DNA of 64,000 nt from Nitrospirota bacterium (GTDB taxonomy: Bacteria > Nitrospirota > Thermodesulfovibrionia > Thermodesulfovibrionales > Dissulfurispiraceae), in NCBI GenBank assembly GCA_040754455.1, contig JBFMCP010000010.1, positions 1 through 64,000 on the forward strand. The letters run 5' to 3'. The notes below the pieces were generated by a model. The model had not been told where the DNA came from. It made no database searches and worked only from the letters and a program-made list of their open reading frames with translations. A program made the translations under genes and the position numbers. Below, piece after piece: positions 30,624-40,500 of this stretch. Within the stretch, counting starts at the first letter, position 1, and every line of letters starts with the position of its first letter.

Positions 30624-31439
30624 ATGGATATTTTTGAGTTTCTGCAGTACGGTTTTATCCAGAGGGCGATCATCGCGGGATCCTTCATTGCCTTGCTCTG
30701 CTCCACGCTGGGCGTTATGCTTGTTCTGCGGAGGCTTTCGCTCATCGGCGACGGTCTTGCCCATGTGACCTTCGGCAGTGTTGCCCTGGGCCTGCTGCTC
30801 AGGGTGTATCCGCTCTACGCATCCATCCCCCTCGTCATCCTCGGCTCTCTGGGCGTCCTGAGACTCATGGAACGGGCCAAACTCTACGGTGATGCGGCAA
30901 TCGGCCTCGTCTCCTCATTGGGGATTGCCGGCGGCGTCATTCTGGCGAGTGTGGCAGGAGGGTTCAATGTCGACCTCTTCAGTTATCTCTTTGGAAACAT
31001 TCTTGCCATAAGCGAATCCGAGGTCATTATTGCGATCATCCTTTCCCTTACGGTGCTCCTCGTTATTTCTCTTTATTATAATGAGCTTTTTTCACTTACC
31101 TTCGATGAGGAATTTGCAAAGACTTCGGGCATCAACACGGAAAAGCTGAACACCATTGTCATTATCCTTGCCGCTGTTACGGTGGTCCTGACCATGCGTG
31201 TGGTTGGCATCATGCTGACCTCTGCCCTTCTGATTATCCCCGCGGTAACGGCGCTGCAGCTTGCACGGAGCTTTCGCACCGCGATGGTCATTGCTTCCGT
31301 TACCTCGGTGCTTTCGGTCATCTTGGGCATCGGGATATCCTTTGCCTTTGACCTGCCTACCGGGGCAGTGATCGTTATCGTTAATTTTATCTTTTTTACA
31401 GTCGCTTACGGCTGCAAAAGAGTGCGTCTGAGCGACTAG
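30624..31439 (+). CDS. znuB: Zn ABC transporter permease
   Basis: LRRLSLIGDGLAHV, YLFGNIL, FDEEFA, VVGIML. Confidence 0.9.
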   Translation: MDIFEFLQYGFIQRAIIAGSFIALLCSTLGVMLVLRRLSLIGDGLAHVTFGSVALGLLLRVYPLYASIPLVILGSLGVLRLMERAKLYGDAAIGLVSSLGIAGGVILASVAGGFNVDLFSYLFGNILAISESEVIIAIILSLTVLLVISLYYNELFSLTFDEEFAKTSGINTEKLNTIVIILAAVTVVLTMRVVGIMLTSALLIIPAVTALQLARSFRTAMVIASVTSVLSVILGIGISFAFDLPTGAVIVIVNFIFFTVAYGCKRVRLSD

Positions 31440-31642
31440 TCCCCCTTGTTTCAGGCATCCTGCCTGTCGGCTCCGAGGATATCCGTCCCTTTCCCTTTGC
31501 GGCTTGTTTTCTTTATGCATTTTTGCTGAGACGAAGGTTTAAAAATGTGATAGTCTTTAAAAAGGAGTATATATCATCCAGGTGTGCTCCATCTGCTGCA
31601 GAGGTAGAGGGGAGATAAACAACCATGAGAGGAGGATGGTGT

Positions 31643-32047
31643 ATGAGAAATGTTGCGTTGGTAGTGCTTGCCGTTATGATGGCGGCAGTCTTGTTCGGAT
31701 GTGCATCGAGAGATTATGTAAGGCAGCAGATCGATCCTCTCGTCGACAGGATCAGCAAGCTTGAAGCGAAGACAGCGGCATTGGATTCGAGAACAGCGGC
31801 GCTCGAAAGCAGACCGGCCGCATCCATGACTGACGTCGAAGCAGCGCGGAGGGAAGCTGCCGAAGCGAAAGCAATGGCACAGGACGCCCAGAAGGCTGCC
31901 GCCGGTGCTGCCGTGGCTCCTGCACCGGATGCTGACGTTGTCAACCGGGCAGAGACCGCCGCACAGCGCGCTGAGAGCGCTGCTGAAAGGGCCGAGATTG
32001 CCTCTCAGAGATCACAAAAGGCCTTTGAACTGCAGCAGAGAAAGTAG
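31643..32047 (+). CDS. Lpp/OprI-like alanine-zipper outer-membrane lipoprotein
   Basis: RBS GAGGAGG, lipobox LFGC, heptad coiled coil, Ala-rich zipper, C-terminal QQRK. Confidence 0.7.
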   Translation: MRNVALVVLAVMMAAVLFGCASRDYVRQQIDPLVDRISKLEAKTAALDSRTAALESRPAASMTDVEAARREAAEAKAMAQDAQKAAAGAAVAPAPDADVVNRAETAAQRAESAAERAEIASQRSQKAFELQQRK

Positions 32048-32057
32048 AAAAGGATTG

Positions 32058-32124
32058 CCCATTGCGGGGAGTGAAGCGGTGAAGCAATCTCAAACGTGGA
32101 TTGCTTCGCTTCGCTCGCAATGAC
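32058..32124. repeat. REP/RPE-like palindromic element between convergent genes
   Basis: cattgcggggagtgaagcggtgaagcaatct...ggattgcttcgcttcgctcgcaatg; long imperfect hairpin. Confidence 0.7.
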
Positions 32125-32132
32125 GAAGTTAT

Positions 32133-33041
32133 CTACGGTGAGATGTCGACGGGAATCCCTGTCTTTTCCCGGAGGGCCTGCTCGAGTTTTTCCTTGCTGA
32201 TGGCGTGGCCGAAGAAGTTCTTTTTTTCTAGAATCCGCACTGCCTCATCATAATAGTTCAGATTCGTGACATCACTCTCGCTGCGGTGTACTTCAATAAA
32301 GAGACGATTATCTCTAACGCCGATTTTCACCGGCTGATGCACAATGGTTACCGTCGTGCCGAGGGATACGGCGTCGAAGAGCTTCGGTATGTCTTCGGGA
32401 TAGAGACGGATACAACCGTGGCTGACCCGCCTTCCCACGCCGAAGGGCCTGTTGGTGCCGTGTATGAGTATGCTGCCCAGAGAGAGGCGTAATGCGTGGG
32501 TGCCGAGAGGGTTGTCGGGCCCGGGGGGAACAACGTTCGGCAGATCAGGGCGTTCCCTGAGGATGGAGGACGGCACATACCAGCTCGGATGCACCGTCTT
32601 CTCCGTTACCCTGAACACCCCGAGGGGGGTGTCATTGCCCTCGGTACCGATGCCGATGGGGAACGTCATGACACGGGGTGAGCGGTGCTGTTTGAAGAAG
32701 TAATACAGCCGCATCTCGGCGAGATTGATGACAATCCCTTCATAACGGGCAACAGCAGGCAGCACCCAGGAGCGCGGTATGGTCACCAGACTCCCGGCGC
32801 CGGGGACAAAAGGGTCGAGAGCGGGATTCGCATCGGCAATCTCGTTAAAGCCGATGCCGAATTTCCGTGCAAGCTCGATCAGCGATTCATCACCATCCCT
32901 GATCGTATAGGTCCCGACCTCTCCGATGACGGTGAGGTCCTGCCCGTAATAATGGTACACCTCCGCTTTCGCCGATGAGCACTGCAGGGCAGCCATCAGA
33001 TGGAGGATAAGTAAAGCAAAAAGCATAACAGATGTATTCAT
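32133..33041 (-). CDS. L,D-transpeptidase (ErfK/YbiS/YcfS/YnhG type, LysM-YkuD)
   Basis: INLAEMRLYYF, PIGIG, PPGPDNPLG, IHGTN...VSHGCIRL catalytic motif. Confidence 0.92.
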   Translation of the reverse strand: MNTSVMLFALLILHLMAALQCSSAKAEVYHYYGQDLTVIGEVGTYTIRDGDESLIELARKFGIGFNEIADANPALDPFVPGAGSLVTIPRSWVLPAVARYEGIVINLAEMRLYYFFKQHRSPRVMTFPIGIGTEGNDTPLGVFRVTEKTVHPSWYVPSSILRERPDLPNVVPPGPDNPLGTHALRLSLGSILIHGTNRPFGVGRRVSHGCIRLYPEDIPKLFDAVSLGTTVTIVHQPVKIGVRDNRLFIEVHRSESDVTNLNYYDEAVRILEKKNFFGHAISKEKLEQALREKTGIPVDISP

Positions 33042-33122
33042 AATTCAAATGATAATCGACATGGAAGCGATGATGCAATCGATTGACAAAAAGGCGTATT
33101 ATGTAGTTAAATATATTTTCTT

Positions 33123-33198
33123 GGGCGGATAGCTCAGCTGGGAGAGCGCAGCCCTTACAAGGCTGATGTCACAGGTTCGATCCCTGTTCCGCCTACCA
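33123..33198 (+). tRNA. tRNA-Val(TAC)
   Basis: Cloverleaf; anticodon arm cagcc-ctTACaa-ggctg; GGTTCGATCC; CCA end. Confidence 0.96.
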
Positions 33199-33272
33199 TT
33201 TTTGCCGTTGCGCATTGTAGTGACATGCGCTGGAGCGCAATAACGCGCAACGTAGTACGCAGCACCCCCTTT

Positions 33273-33349
33273 GGGGCGGTAGTTCAGCTGGTTAGAACGC
33301 CTGCCTGTCACGCAGGAGGTCGCGGGTTCGAGCCCCGTCCGCCCCGCCA
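33273..33349 (+). tRNA. tRNA-Asp(GTC)
   Basis: Cloverleaf; cctgc-ctGTCac-gcagg; GGTTCGAGCC; CCA end. Confidence 0.96.
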
Positions 33350-33409
33350 GTTTTTTCTACTGTTTTTAAAGAATATTTTTGTCTTCTCGACCACTCCGTA
33401 GGCCATTTT

Positions 33410-33460
33410 TTGGTGCAAGTTTGGTGCAAGTTTTAGTAGGCTCTACTACTATTTGCACCA
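33410..33460. repeat. Tandem 11-bp direct repeat plus inverted copy (possible integrase arm-type sites)
   Basis: ttggtgcaagt x2 (33410-33431) and inverted ttgcacca (33453-33460), about 60 nt after tRNA-Asp. Confidence 0.5.
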
Positions 33461-33551
33461 TATCATCCTGTGCTCAAATATAAATGTTACTGAGTATGCA
33501 TAAGTGTTGATCCAATGAGTACTGAAGCCCATTCCGGGGCATCTCCAAGCT

Positions 33552-33714
33552 TGTAAATCGGCGTTGAAATTTGATCCACAATCGGCGTCCAAATTTGACC
33601 CGCCCACGATTAGATTAATAGCTGTTATAACAAAGCTTTAGGACATTAGCAGTCGGGTCAAAGTTGAATGCCGATATGGCATTTAAATTGGTCAAACCGC
33701 CGTGCCGATCAACA
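33552..33714. mobile_element. Non-autonomous IS21-family mini-element (both ends, no istAB)
   Basis: TG...CA termini; each end has two subterminal repeats of type atcggcnnnnaanttgacc (left tgtaaatcggcgttgaaatttgatcc...atcggcgtccaaatttgacc; right rc tgttgatcggcacggcggtttgacc...atcggcattcaactttgacc). Confidence 0.75.
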
Positions 33715-33859
33715 TCCCTCTACATGGCTGCGCTTGAGCTTGAAAGGAAATGGAGCAAACCTATCAAGGATTGGGCTATAATCTATGCACAGCTCGTCGT
33801 CCTCTTCGAGGACAGGCTGTTATGAGGAAACTGATTTACACAGTTGGCGAGACAGTCCC
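33715..33859 (+). mobile_element. IS256-family 3' remnant (transposase C-terminus plus right IR)
   Basis: Translates SLYMAALELERKWSKPIKDWAIIYAQLVVLFEDRLL*; ends in tttacacagttggcgagacagtccc (rc GGGACTGTC...TGTGTAAA). Confidence 0.72.
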
Positions 33860-33957
33860 TATTGCAGTGGCCGTGATTGTCACTGAAACAACAGCCATCG
33901 CAATGGCTTGGTATTCTTTCTTCTTGCTTTCTACCATCACCCACAGTCGCACCGAAA

Positions 33958-35106
33958 TCATCTCTTCTCGGGCAATCGGTCGCTTAACATTCCTGATGTT
34001 AACGGCAGCGTGAAGCTGAAGGTGCTTCCTTTTCCATAGGTGCTTTCGACCCACATCTTCCCGCCGTGCGCTTCTACGATGGTCTTTGCAATCGAGAGCC
34101 CGAGCCCCGAGCCGGTCGAGTCCCTGCTGACGCGGTAGAAGGCGTCGAATATATAAGGGAGATGTTCTTCCGTAATGCCGATGCCAGTATCACTGACCTG
34201 CACGACAACGGCTCCCTCGTCGCGGAGCAATTTGATAGTGATGCTGCCGCCCGGGTTGGTATAATGAACGGCGTTATCCAGCAGGTTGCCGATAACCCTG
34301 CCGATTAGCCCGGCATCGGCATTGATTATCAGCTCCTCATTCAGGGGAAATTCGGAGCGGATTTGTATGTTTTTTGCGTCAGCCTTCATTTTCGCGGCCT
34401 CAACATGCTTTTGGAGGATGGCTGTTATATTGAACGGAGCTGTGAGCGGTTTGCACTCCATTGCCTCAAAACGCGAGAACTCAAGAAAGTCTGTGATCAG
34501 CCACTCCAGCTTGTTCAACTCCTCCATCACCGATTTCAGATAGTCCTGCTGCTTCTTTGTCGTGGCGCCTGCCTTGCCCGAAAGCAGCCTCTGTATAAAC
34601 CCACCCGCGGTTATTATCGGGTTCTTCATGTCATGGGCAAACATGGAGAGGATGTTCCGCCGTTCCCGTTCCAGTTTCTTGATCTCTGTGATATCTCTGA
34701 AAAGTTCGACGCCGCCTGCAAACGATCCCCTCTCATCGAAGAGCGGAGCGGTCGTAACCGAGAGAAAGATCATCTCGCCCGTTTTCTTCCGTATCGCGAC
34801 TTCCGTTGCGATGATCTGCTCATGCTGCATGAGCGTATACTTGAATAAAGGACAGGTGTCTTTCTCCGATGTGTAGTGGAGAGTCTCGAAGTGGGATGTG
34901 CCGACCACTTCTTCCTTTGAATAACCGGTAATCTTTTCCGCCGCACGGTTGAAATCAACGATTATTCCCTCCCTGTCCACCCGTGTGAAGCCTACGGGGA
35001 GTGTATCGATGACAAGATCATAAAACGATTGTTTATGAGAGTCTCCTTGGTGGGAGTCATCCCGGCGCTTCCCGCGCTTGCTTATCCGGAGCCGGCGGAC
35101 GCTCAT
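33958..35106 (-). CDS. PAS-domain sensor histidine kinase (cytoplasmic)
   Basis: PAS ([11 protein letters not shown]), HisKA HDMKNP, NLLDNA, DTGIGI, GSGLGL. Confidence 0.9.
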   Translation of the reverse strand: MSVRRLRISKRGKRRDDSHQGDSHKQSFYDLVIDTLPVGFTRVDREGIIVDFNRAAEKITGYSKEEVVGTSHFETLHYTSEKDTCPLFKYTLMQHEQIIATEVAIRKKTGEMIFLSVTTAPLFDERGSFAGGVELFRDITEIKKLERERRNILSMFAHDMKNPIITAGGFIQRLLSGKAGATTKKQQDYLKSVMEELNKLEWLITDFLEFSRFEAMECKPLTAPFNITAILQKHVEAAKMKADAKNIQIRSEFPLNEELIINADAGLIGRVIGNLLDNAVHYTNPGGSITIKLLRDEGAVVVQVSDTGIGITEEHLPYIFDAFYRVSRDSTGSGLGLSIAKTIVEAHGGKMWVESTYGKGSTFSFTLPLTSGMLSDRLPEKR

Positions 35107-35761
35107 TTGAGCGCTCCTTTTACAATGACGCCCACCGCCTCCCCATAAAGCAATCCGTGCGCCGTGAGCGTTTCGAACTGCTTTTCGACGCAGCCGGTCA
35201 GCACAGTCACTTCACCCGCATCAATGGCGAGGGATGGTCCTGAAAGAATGACACGTTTCACGGCTGTATACCTACTCCTATCGGGCTCGAGCAGGCTCAT
35301 ATCGGCTTTCCACCTCTTTCATTCGTACAAGAGTATAAGAAACTCTACGGAACTCTATACGCTATTATATCACCTGCAGCCTCCTCCGGCACGGGCTCTC
35401 GAGACAAAGAAGGGTTTGAACGGCATCCTGTTTTGTGGTACATAACAACTATCATTATCCAGGGGGCTGACAGCCGGCTCGGGTCAGGAAGCCCGTGGAC
35501 GAGCGATACGTCGATCTTGATTTTCTGAACAGGCAACCGCTTGTTGATTCCTCTGTTGCGCGGTTCCCCAGCGAGTACAACTGCCGGAAACGCCAGGTTG
35601 GGTCTCTTCCGCCAATACGCTATAATTGTTTATAGCAGCATACCTGTAGTATCTCCGTAATTAAACGAAGGGCACCTTGAGTGCCGGCTACTGTTCAGCT
35701 GTGCGCGTTGCCTTCACTGTGCGAGGCATAATCTTATGAAATCCACGATAGTGATCGGCTG

Positions 35762-37546
35762 ATGGCTGTTCCATGTTCAGTGATAAGGCTGCCGGGTCTT
35801 GCTCTCATACTGCTCATCATCGGCCTCGTATGCGCTGCATCGGCAGAGACCGTCCAATTGCCTGCCGTGGAGACGACAGGCCTCGAGGTTGAGGTGGTCG
35901 GCGTTGAAGATCCGCTGAGGAGCAATATTCTATCGTATCTTACCATCGAGCAGCGGAAGCATGATCCATTCCTTACCCCCGGGACCATCGCTGAACTGCA
36001 CGAACAAGCTCCGGATGAGATCAGAAGGGCGTTGCAACCCTTCGGTTTCTATACGCCTGAAATCAGCGCCGATCTCATCCGGCGCGACCGGCACTGGACC
36101 GCCCGCTATGCGGTGAAGCCCGGCAGGCCGGTTATTATAGGTGATGTAGATGTCCGCGTCACCGGGGCCGGCGCCGAGGACAGGCTTCTCATGGAGCTTC
36201 GTGAAGACTTTCCGGTCAAAGTCGGTGACCGGCTGCAGCACCAGCACTATGAAAAGGCAAAGCAGGACCTCCTCGAGACTGCGATCAACGGAGGATACCT
36301 CGATGCGGTGGTGCTGGCTCATGAGGTGAAGGTGTATCCGGACGTGCATACTGCCACAATCACGCTCCACCTCGACACAGGGCCGCTGTACCGGTTCGGC
36401 GAGGTCACGTTTGAGCAGGAGGCGTTCCGCCAGGAGTTCCTCTCTCGCTTTGTCCCTTTTAAGAAGGGAGACCCCTACCGGCTCTCTGATCTGTTCGAGC
36501 TCCAGAATGACCTTACCGGCAGCGACTACTTCAGCTCTGTAGATGTCGTACCGCGCAAGGACGAGGCACGAGACCATGAGGTGCCTATTACGGTGCAGCT
36601 CACTCCGAAAAAGCGCCAGAGGTATACGTTTGGCATCGGCTACGGCACGGATACGGGGTTCCGCGGCATCCTCGGGTGGGAAAACCGGCGGGTAAACCGC
36701 AGGGGACATCGCTTTCTGAGCGAGCTGCAGCTCTCTGAGGTTAAGCAGAGTTTTGTAGCACGGTACATTGTCCCTATGAGAAGACCTGCTACCGATTCCC
36801 TGAATTTTTCCGCTGGATTGTCGCACGAAAATACGCTGACCAGCGAGAGCGAGGTCCTTTCGTTCGACACAAGCTATGCCCGGAAGCGCGGCACATGGCT
36901 GCAAACTTTTTACCTCGCACTCAGGCAGGAAAGTTTCACGATAGGTGATGAAGAGGGCAGTTCCCGGCTGCTCATGCCCGGCACCGTCTTGACACGAATA
37001 ACTGCGGATGACCGCATCTACACCACGCGCGGCAGCAGGATCATTCTTGAATTCAAGGGGGCACACGAAGCCCTTGGCTCGGATACGTCCTTTGTCCAGT
37101 TCCGGACGGGTACAAAACTCATCTTCGGCCCGTGGGAGACGGGAAGGGTCATCCTGCGCGGCGATCTCGGCGCAAGCGTCATAAACAAGTTGAGCGAATT
37201 ACCGGCGACACAGCGGTTCTTCGCCGGAGGCGACCAGAGCGTTCGCGGGTATGCTTATAATTCCCTGGGCCCTCGCAGGAACGATGATGTCATCGGTGGC
37301 AAGTACCTGATCGTGGGGAGTGTCGAATACGAGCAATCAATAACCCGGAAGTGGGGGATCGCTCTCTTTTATGATGTCGGGAATGCGGTGAACAAACTTT
37401 CCGATCCCCTTAAGCAGGGGACAGGCCTCGGTGTGCGATGGAAGTCACCGATCGGTCTGGTCCGGGTAGACTTCGCTGTTGCGCTGAACAGGGACCCGGA
37501 TGAAAGCCGGTGGAGAATCCATTTCCTGATCGGTCCTGATTTATGA
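35762..37546 (+). CDS. tamA: Translocation and assembly module TamA (Omp85 family)
   Basis: Signal peptide, POTRA repeats, GIGYGTDTG, RFFAGGDQSVRGY, GVRWKSPIG, C-terminal IGPDL. Confidence 0.92.
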   Translation: MAVPCSVIRLPGLALILLIIGLVCAASAETVQLPAVETTGLEVEVVGVEDPLRSNILSYLTIEQRKHDPFLTPGTIAELHEQAPDEIRRALQPFGFYTPEISADLIRRDRHWTARYAVKPGRPVIIGDVDVRVTGAGAEDRLLMELREDFPVKVGDRLQHQHYEKAKQDLLETAINGGYLDAVVLAHEVKVYPDVHTATITLHLDTGPLYRFGEVTFEQEAFRQEFLSRFVPFKKGDPYRLSDLFELQNDLTGSDYFSSVDVVPRKDEARDHEVPITVQLTPKKRQRYTFGIGYGTDTGFRGILGWENRRVNRRGHRFLSELQLSEVKQSFVARYIVPMRRPATDSLNFSAGLSHENTLTSESEVLSFDTSYARKRGTWLQTFYLALRQESFTIGDEEGSSRLLMPGTVLTRITADDRIYTTRGSRIILEFKGAHEALGSDTSFVQFRTGTKLIFGPWETGRVILRGDLGASVINKLSELPATQRFFAGGDQSVRGYAYNSLGPRRNDDVIGGKYLIVGSVEYEQSITRKWGIALFYDVGNAVNKLSDPLKQGTGLGVRWKSPIGLVRVDFAVALNRDPDESRWRIHFLIGPDL

Positions 37547-40500
37547 GACGCGTATTCCGGTGGGTATCGATTCTTCTTCTGCTCTTCCTGATTGCAGCAG
37601 CAGGGATCACCGCCTTTTTTGTTTCTACTGAGAGAGGGCTGCAATGGCTTCTTCCCAGAGTAATTCCCTACATTCCCGGCGAGCTCTCCTTCCGATCGGT
37701 TCGGGGACGCCTCATCGGTCCGCTTGTGTTCAGAGGTGTACGGTACCATACCGACACGACGGTAATCACTACGAATTCCCTCGTGTTTGACTGGGCCCCT
37801 CTCTTCCTGTTTTCGGGAGAATTTTACATCTCAGAACTAAAGGCCCGGGGATTAGTAATAAAGACCCTGGACGGAAAGGAGTCGCAGAAAGAAGGGGTCG
37901 AGCTTCCACAGATAAATGTGCCTCCTTTCCCCATAACGGTCAAGGACGCCTCCTTCAACGATATCATGGTGCAGAGCGGCGATACCACCCCTCGCATCAT
38001 TGACCGCATCGCCTTCGAAATGAGTACCGGTCTCAATGTCGTTCTGTTTAGAAGGCTTGCGGTCGACGCACCCGAGTTCCGACTGGCGGCGAAAGGAAAG
38101 GTGAGACCGAGCGGCGATTATGCATTCAGCGCCGGCACTCAGTGGTCTGTTTCACCAAAGGGTTATCCAACAATCAAGGGAAGCGGCTCTATAAAAGGCA
38201 GCCTGAAGGAGCTTGCCCTGGAACAGCGCCTGAGCGCTCCCACTGATGCCCATATCGAGGCGACCATTGCTGCCCCATTTACAGCACTGCAATGGAAAGC
38301 GCGGCTGAAAGTTACTCGCTTCAACCCCCAAACAATCAACCGGCAGTGGCCTGCACTGCTCCTGAGCGGCGATCTTCAGGGTGCTGGCGATCAATCATTC
38401 TTTGCTGTCAGCGGTACCTATACCGCTGCACATGGCAGCTATGGTACGGCTTCAGGGCGCTTGATGCTCTCCTACAATGGACGCATATGGAATCTGCAAC
38501 ATCTCAGCGCTGCGCTCCATGACAGCACAGCCCGAGCTGAGCTGAGCGGCACGTATACGCAGCTGGTCTCGGATAGGGAGCGTGGTTCCCTCACCCTTAA
38601 AGGCGCATGGAGCAATCTCACGTGGCCTCTGCAGACAAAAGCGCCGATATTGACGAGCAGTGATGGGTCGTTCAGCGTGTCAGGCGTTCCGGATGACTAT
38701 TCTTTTTCACTGAGCGGTCATCTCGCCGGAAAGAGCATTCCTGAGGGGCGCTGGTCAGCGCGCGGCCGTGGCGATACATCGTCTGTTAAATCCGCTGCAC
38801 TGCAAGGTTCTCTCCTTGGAGGAGAGGTCAGGGCAGAGGGGAGGGTAAGCTGGAAGCCTGGCATTGTCTGGCATATGTCCATGTCGTGCAAGGGACTCGA
38901 CCCCGGCAGACTCTGGCCCGCATGGCCGGGCAAACTCTCCGTAAGGGGGAGAATATCAGGGGATATCCACCAAACAAGGCAGATCCTGGTTGATCTGTCG
39001 GAAGCGAACGGAAAGCTGCGCGGCTATCCCCTTTCTGCATCACTGCGTCTGTTGATGAATAACGGGAATTACCGGCTGGCCAGGTCGAGAATCGTATCGG
39101 GCAGGGCTGTCATTGCTGCGTCGGGTACTCTCTCAGACAGATGGGATTTCAGATGGAGCGCCGCCGCCCCTGAATTGAACGCACTGGTCCCCGGGGTCAA
39201 AGGCTCACTCAACGGCAGCGGCACGCTGCGTGGTCCCCGCAAAGAGCCGCTGATTACCGCCGACCTCAATGGTAATAATCTGCGATATAAGGAATACCGT
39301 GCAGGAAGGCTCATGATGGAGGGGACAGTGGATATGGCGGATATCCGCGACTCGAGAGTCACCATGCAGGTTGCCGGCGTAAGCAGTGGTGAACTGCGCC
39401 TTGCACGGCTTGCGATTGAGGCAAAAGGCAAGGTTCGTTCCCATACCATAGCAGCGACCGCAACGACCGGGAAGTTTTCGATTCCTCTGTTCCTGAGGGG
39501 AGGATATGCCGGAAGGAAATGGGAGGGGACGCTCGAAAAAGCGCACATAAGATCGGAAGACTACGGCATATGGTCGCTCGAGCGGGCAGGACCTCTCATG
39601 GTCGATGCTGCGGCTGGTACGGCACGGGCAGGGCAGTGGTGCCTGAGCAGATCGAGCTCTCGATTATGCCTTTACGGCATATGGGACGGCTCCAGGGGCT
39701 CGCAGGGAGAGATTACCGCACGCATGATACCCCTTGCCTTTCTTCAACCGCTGCTCCCCCGGGGTGTGACTGTTGACGGGGTGTTCAACGGTACTGCTCA
39801 GGCGGCATATCGCGATAAGGCACTTACCGGGAGTATGAGCATTGCTACGCCGCCGGGAGTGATCTCTTATCCGCTGACGGAAAAGGAAATCGCTAAGCTC
39901 TCCTATACGTCGCTGTCGCTTTCCGCACAGCTCTCGAAAAAGGCGCTGACAGCACGGCTCGATCTGCCGCTGACCGATGGCGGGTTTGTGGCCGGTTCTG
40001 TGCTGCTCCCCGGTTTTTCGCCTTTTGCACCCTCATGGAGGGCACAGGAAATGGAGGGGGAGATTTCGGGTCAAGTAAAGGATGTCGGCATCATCTCTGC
40101 AGTATTGCCTTCATTCGAGAGGGTAAGCGGCCGGCTTGCAATGAATCTTGCTCTCTCCGGCACTATTGCGAACCCACTGGTCACCGGACAAGCGGGCATC
40201 GAGCGTGGCGCCGCAACCGTGCCGGACCTGGGCATACGCCTGACCGATCTCCGCCTGCAGTTTTCTCCTGAAGGGGACAGAAAGGTGCGCATCACTGGCA
40301 GTGCGACTTCGGGCACGGGGACCATCGCCCTGCGCGGCGAGGCAGCTCTGTTGCCCGAGCAGGGATGGCCGCTCTCCCTGAACATCACAGGGAAGAACTT
40401 CGAACTGCTGCGCAGGTCTGAAGCGACAATTATAGCCTCACCGGATATCTTATTAACGATGAGAGATCGGAAGGTCGAGGTGTCGGGAGAGTTGCGCATC

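Noticed and set aside
35103..35536. Small ORFs 35103-35300 and 35345-35536 (LPVQKIKIDVSLV resembles an EAL-domain piece)
   Set aside because: Similarity is limited to about 12 residues; at most a remnant.
33350..35760. Intact prophage or ICE at tRNA-Asp
   Set aside because: No integrase, phage or conjugation genes, and no attR noticed by eye.
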